A DNA stretch of 64,000 bases from Escherichia phage ECD7. Location of the stretch: sequence record NC_041936.1, one strand, 5' to 3'. Positions 39,525-48,151 of the stretch are shown here, piece by piece. The notes under the pieces are model-generated. The model was not told where the DNA came from, ran no database searches, and worked only from the letters and a program-made list of their open reading frames with translations. A program made the translations under genes and the position numbers. The first letter of the stretch is position 1; the number at the start of each line of letters is the position of its first letter.

Positions 39525-39566
39525 TTAGATTGTAGTATCTTACTACTCCCGTTTCATCATGTCAAG
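39525..39566 (-). promoter_or_regulatory. sigma70-type early promoter (PeSL-like)
   Basis: Minus: TTGACA-17nt-TAAGAT. Confidence 0.5.
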
Positions 39567-40146
39567 CGTTAAATGACTTTTGGATCTCTTTCAGTTCAGC
39601 TACTTTATCGGCGCTATATTTTGCTTGATGTTCCATGCGCTTAATCTCACCTTTGATATAGGTTTCTAGCTTAGGTTTATTCTCAATCAGAAAATCTTTC
39701 AAGTCATCGGCATTTTTAAAGTATAGCTGATTATCAAAGCTAAAATCTTCCAGCGTCAATGATACCAAAGAAGACTTCGCAAACAAGTTAATCAGATCTT
39801 CCAGCGATTCTTCTTTCTTAACTGGTTTCATTTCTTCAAACTGCTTTTTAGTGATGCGTTTAAAGTATTTGCGCTCGCTTGCATCAATCATGATTGACGC
39901 GCCCTCATAATCATGAGTTTCTACCAAATACACTTTACCCATAACATTAACCGTAAGAACTTTAAAGCCCCTGTGAAGCACACCATACAGGAACTTGTTA
40001 TGTTGTGGATAGCGTTTAACAAATTCCTCTACGGACTCAGCATTACGGAAAGTGTAATAACGACCTCGTTCAAAAACAGCATCATTTGAAGACTTAGCCG
40101 GATACAATTTATACGTTTTCTGTACCATAATATAATCCTCTATCAT
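39562..40146 (-). CDS. paralog-family protein
   Basis: ...GFKVLTVNVMGKVYLVE...ERKYFKRITKKQFEEM. Confidence 0.55.
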   Translation of the reverse strand: MIEDYIMVQKTYKLYPAKSSNDAVFERGRYYTFRNAESVEEFVKRYPQHNKFLYGVLHRGFKVLTVNVMGKVYLVETHDYEGASIMIDASERKYFKRITKKQFEEMKPVKKEESLEDLINLFAKSSLVSLTLEDFSFDNQLYFKNADDLKDFLIENKPKLETYIKGEIKRMEHQAKYSADKVAELKEIQKSFNA

Positions 40147-40415
40147 GTCACTAATTGAACAGCACGAAACAGAATGCGGTCACACGGAAGCAGCATAAAT
40201 TCCCAACGCGGATCAAAATCTTTAGCGGTGTATGTTTTCCCATCAACAGAGATTTCACTTACATAACCAATAGGTGACACTTTAAGAACAGTAAATCCAT
40301 TTTTGATTGCTTCGTAGGTATCTTTCAGACCTTCGTAGTCGTCCTCTAAGAAGTCTTTACGTGCTTGCTCAGATTTAAAAACATAGGCAACACCAGCTTT
40401 AAACATCTTACGCAT
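40143..40415 (-). CDS. paralog-family protein
   Basis: Internal ATG (MRKMFKAGVAY...) after AGGAGAATCAA; ...ISVDGKTYTAKDF...DRILFRAV. Confidence 0.5.
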   Translation of the reverse strand: MRKMFKAGVAYVFKSEQARKDFLEDDYEGLKDTYEAIKNGFTVLKVSPIGYVSEISVDGKTYTAKDFDPRWEFMLLPCDRILFRAVQLVT

Positions 40416-40439
40416 TGTTGATTCTCCTTCTTGATTAGA

Positions 40440-40476
40440 TGGGAGCATTTTACTACTCCCATTTCTTATTGTCAAC
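40440..40476 (-). promoter_or_regulatory. sigma70-type early promoter (PeSL-like)
   Basis: Minus: TTGACA-17nt-TAAAAT. Confidence 0.5.
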
Positions 40477-40478
40477 TA

Positions 40479-40952
40479 CTATCTTAATCTTTGTATGAAT
40501 TGTTTCTTATACTTCTTCGTGATCTCTTCTCGTGTATCAGCGTCGCAGTAATCGAAACCTTCTGCGTCCATAATATCAACCATCTCCGCGCGTGTCAAGC
40601 GTGAAAATCGTTTTACTTTATCAACAGCATATTGAGGATGTAAATGATTGTTGGTGTAGTCTCCTTTGATGTAATTAACATAGTTTGTAGCCCAAACAAC
40701 GAAATCAGCACCTAAAGCACCAACACCAAACCGTTTAAAGTCTCCGGTCAACGATCCTTCTAGGCGGTTGCAACACGAATGAAGCAATCCCCTTACGCGG
40801 CCTTGCCCTTTACCATCTAGATCGTGGTCGTGGTCAAGATGGTTTTTGCTCATATCCTCAAAAAGTGGCAATTGACAAAGGGGGCAAATGCCCCCCTGTT
40901 TTTCGAATAGTTCTTGTTTGTACTCTTTAGCACTCTTAGCAGTCAGTAACAT
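40479..40952 (-). CDS. 49: endonuclease VII gp49 (Holliday junction resolvase)
   Basis: CPLCQ...NHLDHDHDLDG...GRVRGLL resembles T4 endo VII. Confidence 0.88.
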   Translation of the reverse strand: MLLTAKSAKEYKQELFEKQGGICPLCQLPLFEDMSKNHLDHDHDLDGKGQGRVRGLLHSCCNRLEGSLTGDFKRFGVGALGADFVVWATNYVNYIKGDYTNNHLHPQYAVDKVKRFSRLTRAEMVDIMDAEGFDYCDADTREEITKKYKKQFIQRLR

Positions 40953-40976
40953 AAATTCACCCTCCAAAGAAGGTAT

Positions 40977-41258
40977 TTAACCATTAATCTTGTTTTTGAC
41001 TACAAAGGATCGGAACTCATCAAAGCCACCGATATAATCACCATCATAGAAAATCTGCGGCATGGTGGCAATAACTTCTACCCCTGCGCGATCCTGAATG
41101 TCGGCAATGATAGAATCAATCTTTACAGGGCGACCGTTTTCGTCCACACCATCATTGACAGGAATATAGATGTAAGGGATCTTACGCGATTCACAAAGGC
41201 GCTTTGCATTCTGGCAATACTTACAGTTGTAACCTTCAAAACCAAAAATTTCTACCAT
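40977..41258 (-). CDS. nrdC: thioredoxin/glutaredoxin NrdC
   Basis: ATG 41256-41258; CKYC redox motif; MPQIFYDGDYIGGFDEF resembles T4 NrdC. Confidence 0.8.
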   Translation of the reverse strand: MVEIFGFEGYNCKYCQNAKRLCESRKIPYIYIPVNDGVDENGRPVKIDSIIADIQDRAGVEVIATMPQIFYDGDYIGGFDEFRSFVVKNKING

Positions 41259-41266
41259 GTTGTACC

Positions 41267-42079
41267 TCAATCTACGTTAGTTACATAAACTTCTTGTGTA
41301 TCAGAAGACTTACCACCTGAACGATCTAGGCAATAGGTCTTATTCAACAGGACGCAGTTTAAATCATTCCGCTTGATAAAGTCAAGGAGATGATCATTTA
41401 CCTTTCCCTTATGATGTGTGACATTACTGATACCAAACCGAAAACCACGCTCCATAATAGATTCTACCCACTGATAGAATTTAATCTCTTCCTCGTCACT
41501 CCAGAACTTATTATATTCCGCAGAAGTGATAAGGTACGGCGGGTCCAAATAAACGAAATCACCTGGCAAGATCTCGATCTCGTCATAACGACCAGAAGTA
41601 AAACTGATTCGACCGTCTTTGTTTTCTTCCTTAAAATTCAGGACACGCTCTACCGCGTTTTCGTTAAAAGTCCGGCGACCAAAATTAGCATTAAATTCGC
41701 CCTTCCGGTTATGGCGGTTAATGTTGCTAAAACTGTGCTGAATCAGAACAAACAGAGATAGCGGATCTGGATTCTCATTATACTTCTTACGGAATGCCAT
41801 GTAAGCATCTTTATCATCACGAGACAAATCATTTTCGGCAATAATCCGCTTGATCGTAGAAACCGGATCAGGACACTCGTCAATCGCTTTGTACGCTTCA
41901 ATTAAGCGGTGATCATAGTCATTAGCCAGCACATCCCCTTCGACGTACAGAGACACGCTCAAGCCGCCACAAAAGGCATCAACAAAGCGGTTATAGTGCT
42001 TAGGGAAATACTTACTAACACCTGGCAATAGCTTTTCCTTATTGCCAGTATAGGGAATTAAACCTAATGCTTTCTTCAT
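41267..42079 (-). CDS. dam: DNA adenine methyltransferase Dam
   Basis: FCGGLSV (SAM-binding) and DPPY catalytic motif; 270 aa. Confidence 0.85.
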   Translation of the reverse strand: MKKALGLIPYTGNKEKLLPGVSKYFPKHYNRFVDAFCGGLSVSLYVEGDVLANDYDHRLIEAYKAIDECPDPVSTIKRIIAENDLSRDDKDAYMAFRKKYNENPDPLSLFVLIQHSFSNINRHNRKGEFNANFGRRTFNENAVERVLNFKEENKDGRISFTSGRYDEIEILPGDFVYLDPPYLITSAEYNKFWSDEEEIKFYQWVESIMERGFRFGISNVTHHKGKVNDHLLDFIKRNDLNCVLLNKTYCLDRSGGKSSDTQEVYVTNVD

Positions 42080-42510
42080 TATCCCTTCCTCAAATAAGTT
42101 CTCTCAAGCTCTACCAGTTCGAAAAATTCTTGCCAATCACACGGAAAATTGCAGTTTCCAAAATGGTCTTCGTTATAGAGTTCTTGACCGGATGGCAACT
42201 TAATATCTGTTACGCTGTAGTATCCGCAACAATCGCAATCACCCTCTGTATATTCTGTTTTGGTAGGAATATCCATCATTGCCAGATACAAAGGTACATC
42301 GTCTTGCTCAAAGTTCATGTAACCTTCATGGTCAAACGAGACAAAGTTATCATCACCACCGAAAGGGATATAATGGTCATAATCGGTTATAGGTTGACCG
42401 TGTAATTCCCATTCTACAATTTTAACATTACCACTAAACTTTATACCCATAATTTCAACAAGAAAATGAGTATCGTCAATGTAAATCTTACTAGGGGTTG
42501 GATAAACCAT
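42079..42510 (-). CDS. hypothetical protein
   Basis: 143-aa ORF. Confidence 0.4.
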   Translation of the reverse strand: MVYPTPSKIYIDDTHFLVEIMGIKFSGNVKIVEWELHGQPITDYDHYIPFGGDDNFVSFDHEGYMNFEQDDVPLYLAMMDIPTKTEYTEGDCDCCGYYSVTDIKLPSGQELYNEDHFGNCNFPCDWQEFFELVELERTYLRKG

Positions 42511-42520
42511 TATATAATCC

Positions 42521-42817
42521 TCATATCTCAGAGAATAGAATCTCTGTTAGCTTCACTGACTGCTCTCTGAATGTTAGCGTATACTCGAAAGGAAAGTCAA
42601 CACCCAACTTCAAAAGAGAATAGCCTACCGCCTCTTTATGCTTATCGGTTAGGGCGATCCTAACCAATTCCCGTTGAATCTCTTTAGGCGGTGAATGGAT
42701 AGTAACACGGGTATCATGTAATGTCCAGTCACCATTTCGAATTAAGATTAACGGTTTATCATCATTGAAGATCACCGACCCCTTTCCGGTCGGTGAATGT
42801 TTTATATTAATCATCAA
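42521..42817 (-). CDS. hypothetical protein
   Basis: 98-aa ORF. Confidence 0.4.
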   Translation of the reverse strand: MMINIKHSPTGKGSVIFNDDKPLILIRNGDWTLHDTRVTIHSPPKEIQRELVRIALTDKHKEAVGYSLLKLGVDFPFEYTLTFREQSVKLTEILFSEI

Positions 42818-43028
42818 ATTCTAAGAAATATTCTGGAACGATATAACCGTTAAAGTCATTGCACTTATAAAAATGTGGTGCATTTAATGCTGGATGAGCA
42901 TTAGTAAAGAGTTTACCCTCTAGAAACAGAATGTAATTAATCGGTCTAATACCGACAGAATCAGGGTCTAAACCTTTTTCTTTCAGTTCAGCCAGCGTTA
43001 AAACTCGTCCAGATCGTAACTTAGCCAT
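42807..43028 (-). CDS. hypothetical protein
   Basis: 73-aa ORF. Confidence 0.35.
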   Translation of the reverse strand: MAKLRSGRVLTLAELKEKGLDPDSVGIRPINYILFLEGKLFTNAHPALNAPHFYKCNDFNGYIVPEYFLEFDD

Positions 43029-43314
43029 GATTTACCCCCAATTCATCAAGATTATGTCGCAGCATTTCAGAGTATTTTTCTACTTCCTTAATCTTAGTGT
43101 GGATATCCACGATCTCATCCACACTATCAGAAATTTTAATGGCATTCGCGAGCGTGCTTTTACCCGCTTTCACAGTCTCTTTCATTTCAACCAACATGTC
43201 CGCGTGTTTCAATAGTAATTCTTCACGTCGAACATAAGCGACGGTCAAAGCCTCATCAGCGATTTCTAAAGCATTTTCAGCGACACCAACAACCATTTTA
43301 CGAGTAGACAGCAT
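43021..43314 (-). CDS. hypothetical protein
   Basis: 97-aa ORF. Confidence 0.4.
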   Translation of the reverse strand: MLSTRKMVVGVAENALEIADEALTVAYVRREELLLKHADMLVEMKETVKAGKSTLANAIKISDSVDEIVDIHTKIKEVEKYSEMLRHNLDELGVNHG

Positions 43315-43328
43315 AAATTCACCTCACA

Positions 43329-43673
43329 TTATTTCACATTAACGCCGTCATCAATCCAGCCGACGCTATTTGGTTTAACAGTTTTACCATAGGATGCATA
43401 CTTAATCAAGCATGGTTTAACATCATTATCAAATCTTCCTAAACGTACCCCAAGATCAGGAATATCCATGTAGGCGGCTTTATATCCCCATGTGCCATAT
43501 TCAGAATCAATCTCAACCGGACGGCCTTTAAAAGCATACACTACACCGTGACGGTCAACGATAACATAGCAATAACCAGCCGGAAGATACACAGTTTCGC
43601 CGTAAACTTTAACTGGAGTAGCAGAAGAGATAAACATAATATAATCCTCACATCGTTCATTTGATGCGGTCAT
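43329..43673 (-). CDS. hypothetical protein
   Basis: 114-aa ORF. Confidence 0.4.
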   Translation of the reverse strand: MTASNERCEDYIMFISSATPVKVYGETVYLPAGYCYVIVDRHGVVYAFKGRPVEIDSEYGTWGYKAAYMDIPDLGVRLGRFDNDVKPCLIKYASYGKTVKPNSVGWIDDGVNVK

Positions 43674-43701
43674 TATATGATAACCGCATTTTCATGTCAA
43701 C
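43666..43701 (-). promoter_or_regulatory. sigma70-type early promoter
   Basis: Minus: TTGACA-17nt-TATAAT with GCGGT/ACCGC inverted repeat. Confidence 0.5.
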
Positions 43702-43708
43702 AGTTTTT

Positions 43709-44083
43709 TTAAAAATCTTCGTCCGGTTTATATCGACCGTCATCGACTGGTTTTGGACTGAATCCTTTATGCGTGCGCGGCTTCGCTTCCGGTTTACCAG
43801 CAATCATCAAACCAAAACATTTCATCCCCTTATAACACATAACAATATCAACCACGGTCCACGTTATAGGCCATAAGATTGCAGCAATACAAAATGCTCC
43901 TGTATCGACCTCTTTGGTGTCCTTGTCGAATCTGGCATACAAGCAGAATACTAGATACGAGATCATTGCACCAGTAACCCAGATATAAAGTACATTAACA
44001 ATATCTTGTGTTGTCAAATTGTCCTCCTTACATGTCTTGCAGTGCATAAAAGCATTTTTCTTCGTAGTCATAGAAAATGTCAA
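43709..44083 (-). CDS. hypothetical membrane protein
   Basis: 124 aa with hydrophobic segments. Confidence 0.4.
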   Translation of the reverse strand: MTFSMTTKKNAFMHCKTCKEDNLTTQDIVNVLYIWVTGAMISYLVFCLYARFDKDTKEVDTGAFCIAAILWPITWTVVDIVMCYKGMKCFGLMIAGKPEAKPRTHKGFSPKPVDDGRYKPDEDF

Positions 44084-44306
44084 AGTATGCTTTTTCTACA
44101 TACTCGCCATTGATCCAAGCGGCAGTAACAATCAGAGTGGTCCAGTTAGATCCGCTCTCAACGGTAAAGGTTTTAATACCCAGCTTCGCTGCCAAGTCGA
44201 ACGCAAACCGGACGCAACCACGGCAGGAAGTGATATTGGAAGTTTTGATTTTAAAGCCACCGCGAGTTTTAGAAATTTCTACTTTAGCGAAAGACAGGTT
44301 GCTCAT
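44028..44306 (-). CDS. hypothetical protein
   Basis: 92-aa ORF. Confidence 0.4.
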   Translation of the reverse strand: MSNLSFAKVEISKTRGGFKIKTSNITSCRGCVRFAFDLAAKLGIKTFTVESGSNWTTLIVTAAWINGEYVEKAYFDIFYDYEEKCFYALQDM

Positions 44307-44347
44307 TTTGATTCTCCTTAAGAAAGTGTGTTTCGTTTTGATGTGTG

Positions 44348-44378
44348 TAGTATAGGGGATACGTGATCCCCTGTCAAC
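44348..44378 (-). promoter_or_regulatory. sigma70-type early promoter (PeSL-like)
   Basis: Minus: TTGACA-GGGGATCACGTATCCCC-TATACT. Confidence 0.55.
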
Positions 44379-44385
44379 AACTTTT

Positions 44386-44715
44386 TTATGATTTTAGTGA
44401 ATTAACCACTACATCAAAATGATGGACAGAGCACACCTTACGAAACACATATTCATCGTGTTTCGGGATCTCCCCTAACCTCTCTATTTCGCTCGCCATA
44501 ACGATAAACTGTTTATCTGGTGCATATGCCTTGTATGCTTCAACAACGCACGGAAAACGCGTTTTAGAGAGTTCTGGATAGTTTTCTGAATCCAGAAGGA
44601 CAATGAATACTCTGTTACATTGATTGTAGAATCCTGTTTTTGATTTCATCAAGTTTTCTTCTATGTTCAAGTCGCGCAATCTTCTTTTCATGATTTCGTT
44701 GGTTCTTGTCTTCAC
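44386..44715 (-). CDS. hypothetical protein
   Basis: 109-aa ORF. Confidence 0.4.
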   Translation of the reverse strand: MKTRTNEIMKRRLRDLNIEENLMKSKTGFYNQCNRVFIVLLDSENYPELSKTRFPCVVEAYKAYAPDKQFIVMASEIERLGEIPKHDEYVFRKVCSVHHFDVVVNSLKS

Positions 44716-44956
44716 AGTTTACCCACTCAACAAGATCTTTACCTAACTCGAAAGCCCATTCTCGGTCTTGCTTTACGTTTTGTAGGTATGGACTTTCTGA
44801 CACTCTACGAAGTGATGTTGTCGTAACAAGAATGATCCCAGAAATGGTCGGATGTTCCTTTCCATATACAATAGGACGCGAGTCACGTTCAATACCCTGT
44901 AAGAAGGTGTATCCTGAATCACTTAGGATCATATACATTTTCATTTCATCCATCAC
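44615..44956 (-). CDS. hypothetical protein
   Basis: 113-aa ORF. Confidence 0.4.
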   Translation of the reverse strand: MMDEMKMYMILSDSGYTFLQGIERDSRPIVYGKEHPTISGIILVTTTSLRRVSESPYLQNVKQDREWAFELGKDLVEWVNCEDKNQRNHEKKIARLEHRRKLDEIKNRILQSM

Positions 44957-45210
44957 AGTTTCCTCAACCAGTTATTAAAGCGAGTAAACCATGATGCTTT
45001 TCGTGCTTCTTTTACTTTATGTGCACGTAAACCACTGAAACACCATTCATAATCATCACTGAAACATGATTCAACAGGAACACCCGCATTTCGTAGTTCT
45101 CTGGTCTTTATCATGAATCCTTGACATAAGGGGCGACCTTCAACAATAATAGGAAGTTTAACTTTTTCCATGAAAGTATACCCAGCACGGTCAATAATTT
45201 CAATTTTCAT
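44953..45210 (-). CDS. hypothetical protein
   Basis: 85-aa ORF. Confidence 0.4.
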   Translation of the reverse strand: MKIEIIDRAGYTFMEKVKLPIIVEGRPLCQGFMIKTRELRNAGVPVESCFSDDYEWCFSGLRAHKVKEARKASWFTRFNNWLRKL

Positions 45211-45454
45211 TTACATTATCTCCATAGATCTTTCCAGCAATATCAATTTCACCAGCGCGAACATCTAGGATAAGATGCGGTAGGTGTATGCAGTTTTCCC
45301 ACCCTACGCGCTTCATTTCTTCTACGGTAACGTAAGCCCATCCGTTCGCTGTAATAAAGTCTACTTCAACCTTGAGAGGAAAGAAAGACTTTTCTATGTC
45401 TTCGAATCCGACAATATGTTTTGTTGTTGAATATGGAATATATCCGGTGATCAT
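45200..45454 (-). CDS. hypothetical protein
   Basis: 84-aa ORF. Confidence 0.4.
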   Translation of the reverse strand: MITGYIPYSTTKHIVGFEDIEKSFFPLKVEVDFITANGWAYVTVEEMKRVGWENCIHLPHLILDVRAGEIDIAGKIYGDNVNEN

Positions 45455-45885
45455 TTTGTGATCTCCTTATACTCAACACACCATAAGCGGGTAGCCCATG
45501 ATAAACGCTCATAACGCTGGCAGAAATCGGACCATAGATATTGTGCACCGTTCGGCATAGTTGAAATATGCGTTTTCTCTCCAACTTTCACGAAAGAAGT
45601 ATTCGATTTTGTGATCTCGACCGGAGTATACCCGAAAGCGGGTTCCAAGCCAACATCTGAACTAAATGCCAATTTAACAGAATTTGTTTTTCTGACCGCT
45701 GTCCGGTTTCCTTCTGGGTATAGCACAGCAGGTTTAGCGCCTAAGCGGATAAACTCAGTGTTTTTAATAAACAGAATATCATGATAACCGTCATATTCTG
45801 ACACTTCCATAGTAACAGGAAAATCGACATGTGCTAAACCCGGTAGATCTCGCATATCATGAAAGGTCGCCATCAACTTTTTCAT
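45451..45885 (-). CDS. hypothetical protein (shares ~55-aa domain with 45896..46141)
   Basis: VEITKSNTSFVKVGEKTHISTM...LSWATRLW vs IVITKSNMSFVEVGEHTHITTM...LSWAIDVW. Confidence 0.45.
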   Translation of the reverse strand: MKKLMATFHDMRDLPGLAHVDFPVTMEVSEYDGYHDILFIKNTEFIRLGAKPAVLYPEGNRTAVRKTNSVKLAFSSDVGLEPAFGYTPVEITKSNTSFVKVGEKTHISTMPNGAQYLWSDFCQRYERLSWATRLWCVEYKEITK

Positions 45886-45895
45886 TCTATATTCC

Positions 45896-46141
45896 TCACT
45901 CTTCTGTAATTACTTCATATTCAATTTTCCATACATCAATCGCCCAGCTTAAAAGCTCGTACGATTTACAGAAAGATGACCAAATATACTGTTTTCCGTA
46001 CATCGTTGTTATGTGTGTATGCTCGCCAACTTCAACGAAAGACATATTTGACTTTGTGATAACTATAGGAATGCAACCGAAAGGAGGCGGTATTACTGAT
46101 TCGTTGGTCTTCATTCTATATTCCTCACTCTTCGGTTTCAT
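45896..46141 (-). CDS. hypothetical protein (paralog of C-terminal domain of 45451..45885)
   Basis: See adjacent gene. Confidence 0.45.
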   Translation of the reverse strand: MKPKSEEYRMKTNESVIPPPFGCIPIVITKSNMSFVEVGEHTHITTMYGKQYIWSSFCKSYELLSWAIDVWKIEYEVITEE

Positions 46142-46361
46142 TTCTTTTATATGGTACTATAACCGGATTAATACAGCAAGCACCAATTACGTTATGAGCA
46201 CCACAATTTAAGCATTTATAATCATGGAACTTATTAAGGAATCGCCCGAACTCATAACCTACTAGCGCCGCGTGTACTTGAGTCTCGATCTCATCCATAT
46301 CAGCCAATGTTTTAACCTTCATAATATAATCCTCAAATACTGGTTTTGCGAAGATGGTCAT
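46125..46361 (-). CDS. hypothetical protein
   Basis: 78-aa ORF with Cys pairs. Confidence 0.4.
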   Translation of the reverse strand: MTIFAKPVFEDYIMKVKTLADMDEIETQVHAALVGYEFGRFLNKFHDYKCLNCGAHNVIGACCINPVIVPYKRNETEE

Positions 46362-46623
46362 TACATGCTTTTAATGCATCAGTTGCTGTGTCATAACGAG
46401 TATTATCATAGCACCAATAACCATCTGTCAACTGATAAATTAATCCATCCTTTTTAGCTTCGATGAAAGATAACTCTTTGAAAGTTTCTACTTTCTTTGC
46501 TGATACTCCACGGTCACGGCGCTTATAGAGTTTAGCTAAAATGCGTTCAGCTTGTTCCTCTTTATCACCAGACAGATCCCAAATAATGTTGCGGATATGT
46601 TTGATTAATTGTTCAGTGGTCAT
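46333..46623 (-). CDS. hypothetical protein
   Basis: 96-aa ORF. Confidence 0.4.
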   Translation of the reverse strand: MTTEQLIKHIRNIIWDLSGDKEEQAERILAKLYKRRDRGVSAKKVETFKELSFIEAKKDGLIYQLTDGYWCYDNTRYDTATDALKACNDHLRKTSI

Positions 46624-46649
46624 CTTTGATTCTCCTTAGTTGGTATGTG

Positions 46650-46681
46650 TGCATTATAGCATTGTGATTATCTTTGTCAAC
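46650..46681 (-). promoter_or_regulatory. sigma70-type early promoter (PeSL-like)
   Basis: Minus: TTGACA-17nt-TATAAT then conserved UTR and AAGGAG. Confidence 0.55.
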
Positions 46682-46684
46682 ACC

Positions 46685-46717
46685 CAAAAACAAAAAAGGC
46701 TATCCCGAAGGATAGCC
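46685..46717 (-). terminator. intrinsic terminator after the glycine-rich gene
   Basis: Minus: GGCUAUCC-uucg-GGAUAGCC then UUUUUUGUUUUU. Confidence 0.65.
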
Positions 46718-46724
46718 CATAAAA

Positions 46725-47501
46725 TTACACGCGAGCGCCGTAGATCGTGCCTACTTTATCCCAGCGAGGGGCATTACCAGTAACAGCCTTACCAGCAGCA
46801 CCACCGTTATATTCTGTACCGTTACCTTGAGTATTACATCTTCCTCCAGCAGCACCGACGTCACCACCAGCACCACCTGTATATGCACTAAGAGACCCCT
46901 CACCAACAGATCCTTTACCCGGAGCGGAAATAGTGCCGGCGGTTGCACCAGCACTCATATTAGAGGAAGACCCACCAGCACCAAATGGACGACCGCCGCC
47001 ACCGCCAAAGGATAGTTTACCCCTGTTACCACCGCCACCGCCACCGCCGCCACCAGCGATTGCACCGTTATTCGTAATTCGTAGACGTGTACCGATAGCG
47101 TTATTGATTGCGTTTCCACCAGCAGCGCCAGCAGCGTTACTACCACCATTACCCCCACGTCCGTAGACAGTCACACCGGCGTTAATGATCAATGTTACAT
47201 ATTCGTTTGTTAACGAGCTAGGGAAGTCAAGACAAGGAACGCCAGTAGATTGGGAAACAATATTACCAGTGATAGTAATTACTACAGGAGTAGATCCTTG
47301 TGCTTTCATCCAGTTAATAAGAGTGTCTTTATTGTAAGAGTTACTAGCACCAATGCTATAATGAATCTCTTTAGAGCGTCCGACCATTGCCGACATATAC
47401 GCCGGACGACCTAAGCGTACAGCTTGCATTGCGGCGCTCATCCACCGTTGACCAGTCTCGGACACCGCAGATGATCCTACCCATCCAGAAGATATTGCCA
47501 T
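46725..47501 (-). CDS. glycine-rich protein of unknown function
   Basis: 258 aa; structured N-terminus then GGNGG/GGGGGGGGG runs; unusually GC-rich for this genome. Confidence 0.55.
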   Translation of the reverse strand: MAISSGWVGSSAVSETGQRWMSAAMQAVRLGRPAYMSAMVGRSKEIHYSIGASNSYNKDTLINWMKAQGSTPVVITITGNIVSQSTGVPCLDFPSSLTNEYVTLIINAGVTVYGRGGNGGSNAAGAAGGNAINNAIGTRLRITNNGAIAGGGGGGGGGNRGKLSFGGGGGRPFGAGGSSSNMSAGATAGTISAPGKGSVGEGSLSAYTGGAGGDVGAAGGRCNTQGNGTEYNGGAAGKAVTGNAPRWDKVGTIYGARV

Positions 47502-47515
47502 AAAATTTCCTCACA

Positions 47516-47537
47516 AGAAAAGCCCCAATTAAGGGGC
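47516..47537 (-). terminator. terminator-like hairpin upstream of the glycine-rich gene
   Basis: Minus: GCCCC-uuaauu-GGGGC then UUUUC. Confidence 0.35.
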
Positions 47538-47555
47538 ATTGATTGATAATATTAC

Positions 47556-47777
47556 TTAGATGACCTCTGCTTCACCATCCAGGAAGAAAGACCATGTTTT
47601 GTTAGGATAGCGAAGCGCCCATGATTCAGCAGTTTTAACACCAGATTCGAACAATTGACGACTGGTTACTTTAGCCATACCATCTTCGATGGCAACGTTT
47701 TCAATAATCATCGGGTAATTAGCGCCACGCATGAAACCGAAACCAGCGGAAGATTTGATAATTTTAACAGTTGCCAT
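47556..47777 (-). CDS. hypothetical protein
   Basis: 73-aa ORF. Confidence 0.4.
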   Translation of the reverse strand: MATVKIIKSSAGFGFMRGANYPMIIENVAIEDGMAKVTSRQLFESGVKTAESWALRYPNKTWSFFLDGEAEVI

Positions 47778-47817
47778 TTTTTGATTCTCCTAGAAAGTGT
47801 ATCTCGTTTCGATGTGT

Positions 47818-47849
47818 GCATTATGCAATAACACCGGATCGCTGTCAAC
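47818..47849 (-). promoter_or_regulatory. sigma70-type early promoter (PeSL-like)
   Basis: Minus: TTGACA-17nt-CATAAT. Confidence 0.55.
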
Positions 47850-47866
47850 ACTTTCTAAGAAAAATT

Positions 47867-48151
47867 TTAAATTAATCGAATATAGCCCAGAATTTCAGCA
47901 CTTTTAGCCAGGTCTAAAACTTCCCATTCAAGGTCGCCGTAGTCATAATTTGCAACCATCAACTGACCATTTTTCATGCAGCAATCATGAGAGAAAATTT
48001 GCCCCGCATAAACTACGATAGTGATAAACTTTCCTGATTCTGGCGGTGTGGAAGACAAAGCGACCATATGACCATTCAGCTTAGTCACCAGTGATGGAAC
48101 AATAAAATTCGGGCTTACCTTAATACCGTTAAATTCGTTTGTGTCTTTCAT
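47867..48151 (-). CDS. hypothetical protein
   Basis: 94-aa ORF. Confidence 0.4.
   Translation of the reverse strand: MKDTNEFNGIKVSPNFIVPSLVTKLNGHMVALSSTPPESGKFITIVVYAGQIFSHDCCMKNGQLMVANYDYGDLEWEVLDLAKSAEILGYIRLI

Noticed and set aside
46860-47170. GC-rich GGN-repeat segment as a horizontally acquired island or simple-sequence repeat
   Set aside because: It lies entirely within one continuous ORF in frame, encoding Gly runs; composition is explained by glycine codons rather than a separate insertion.
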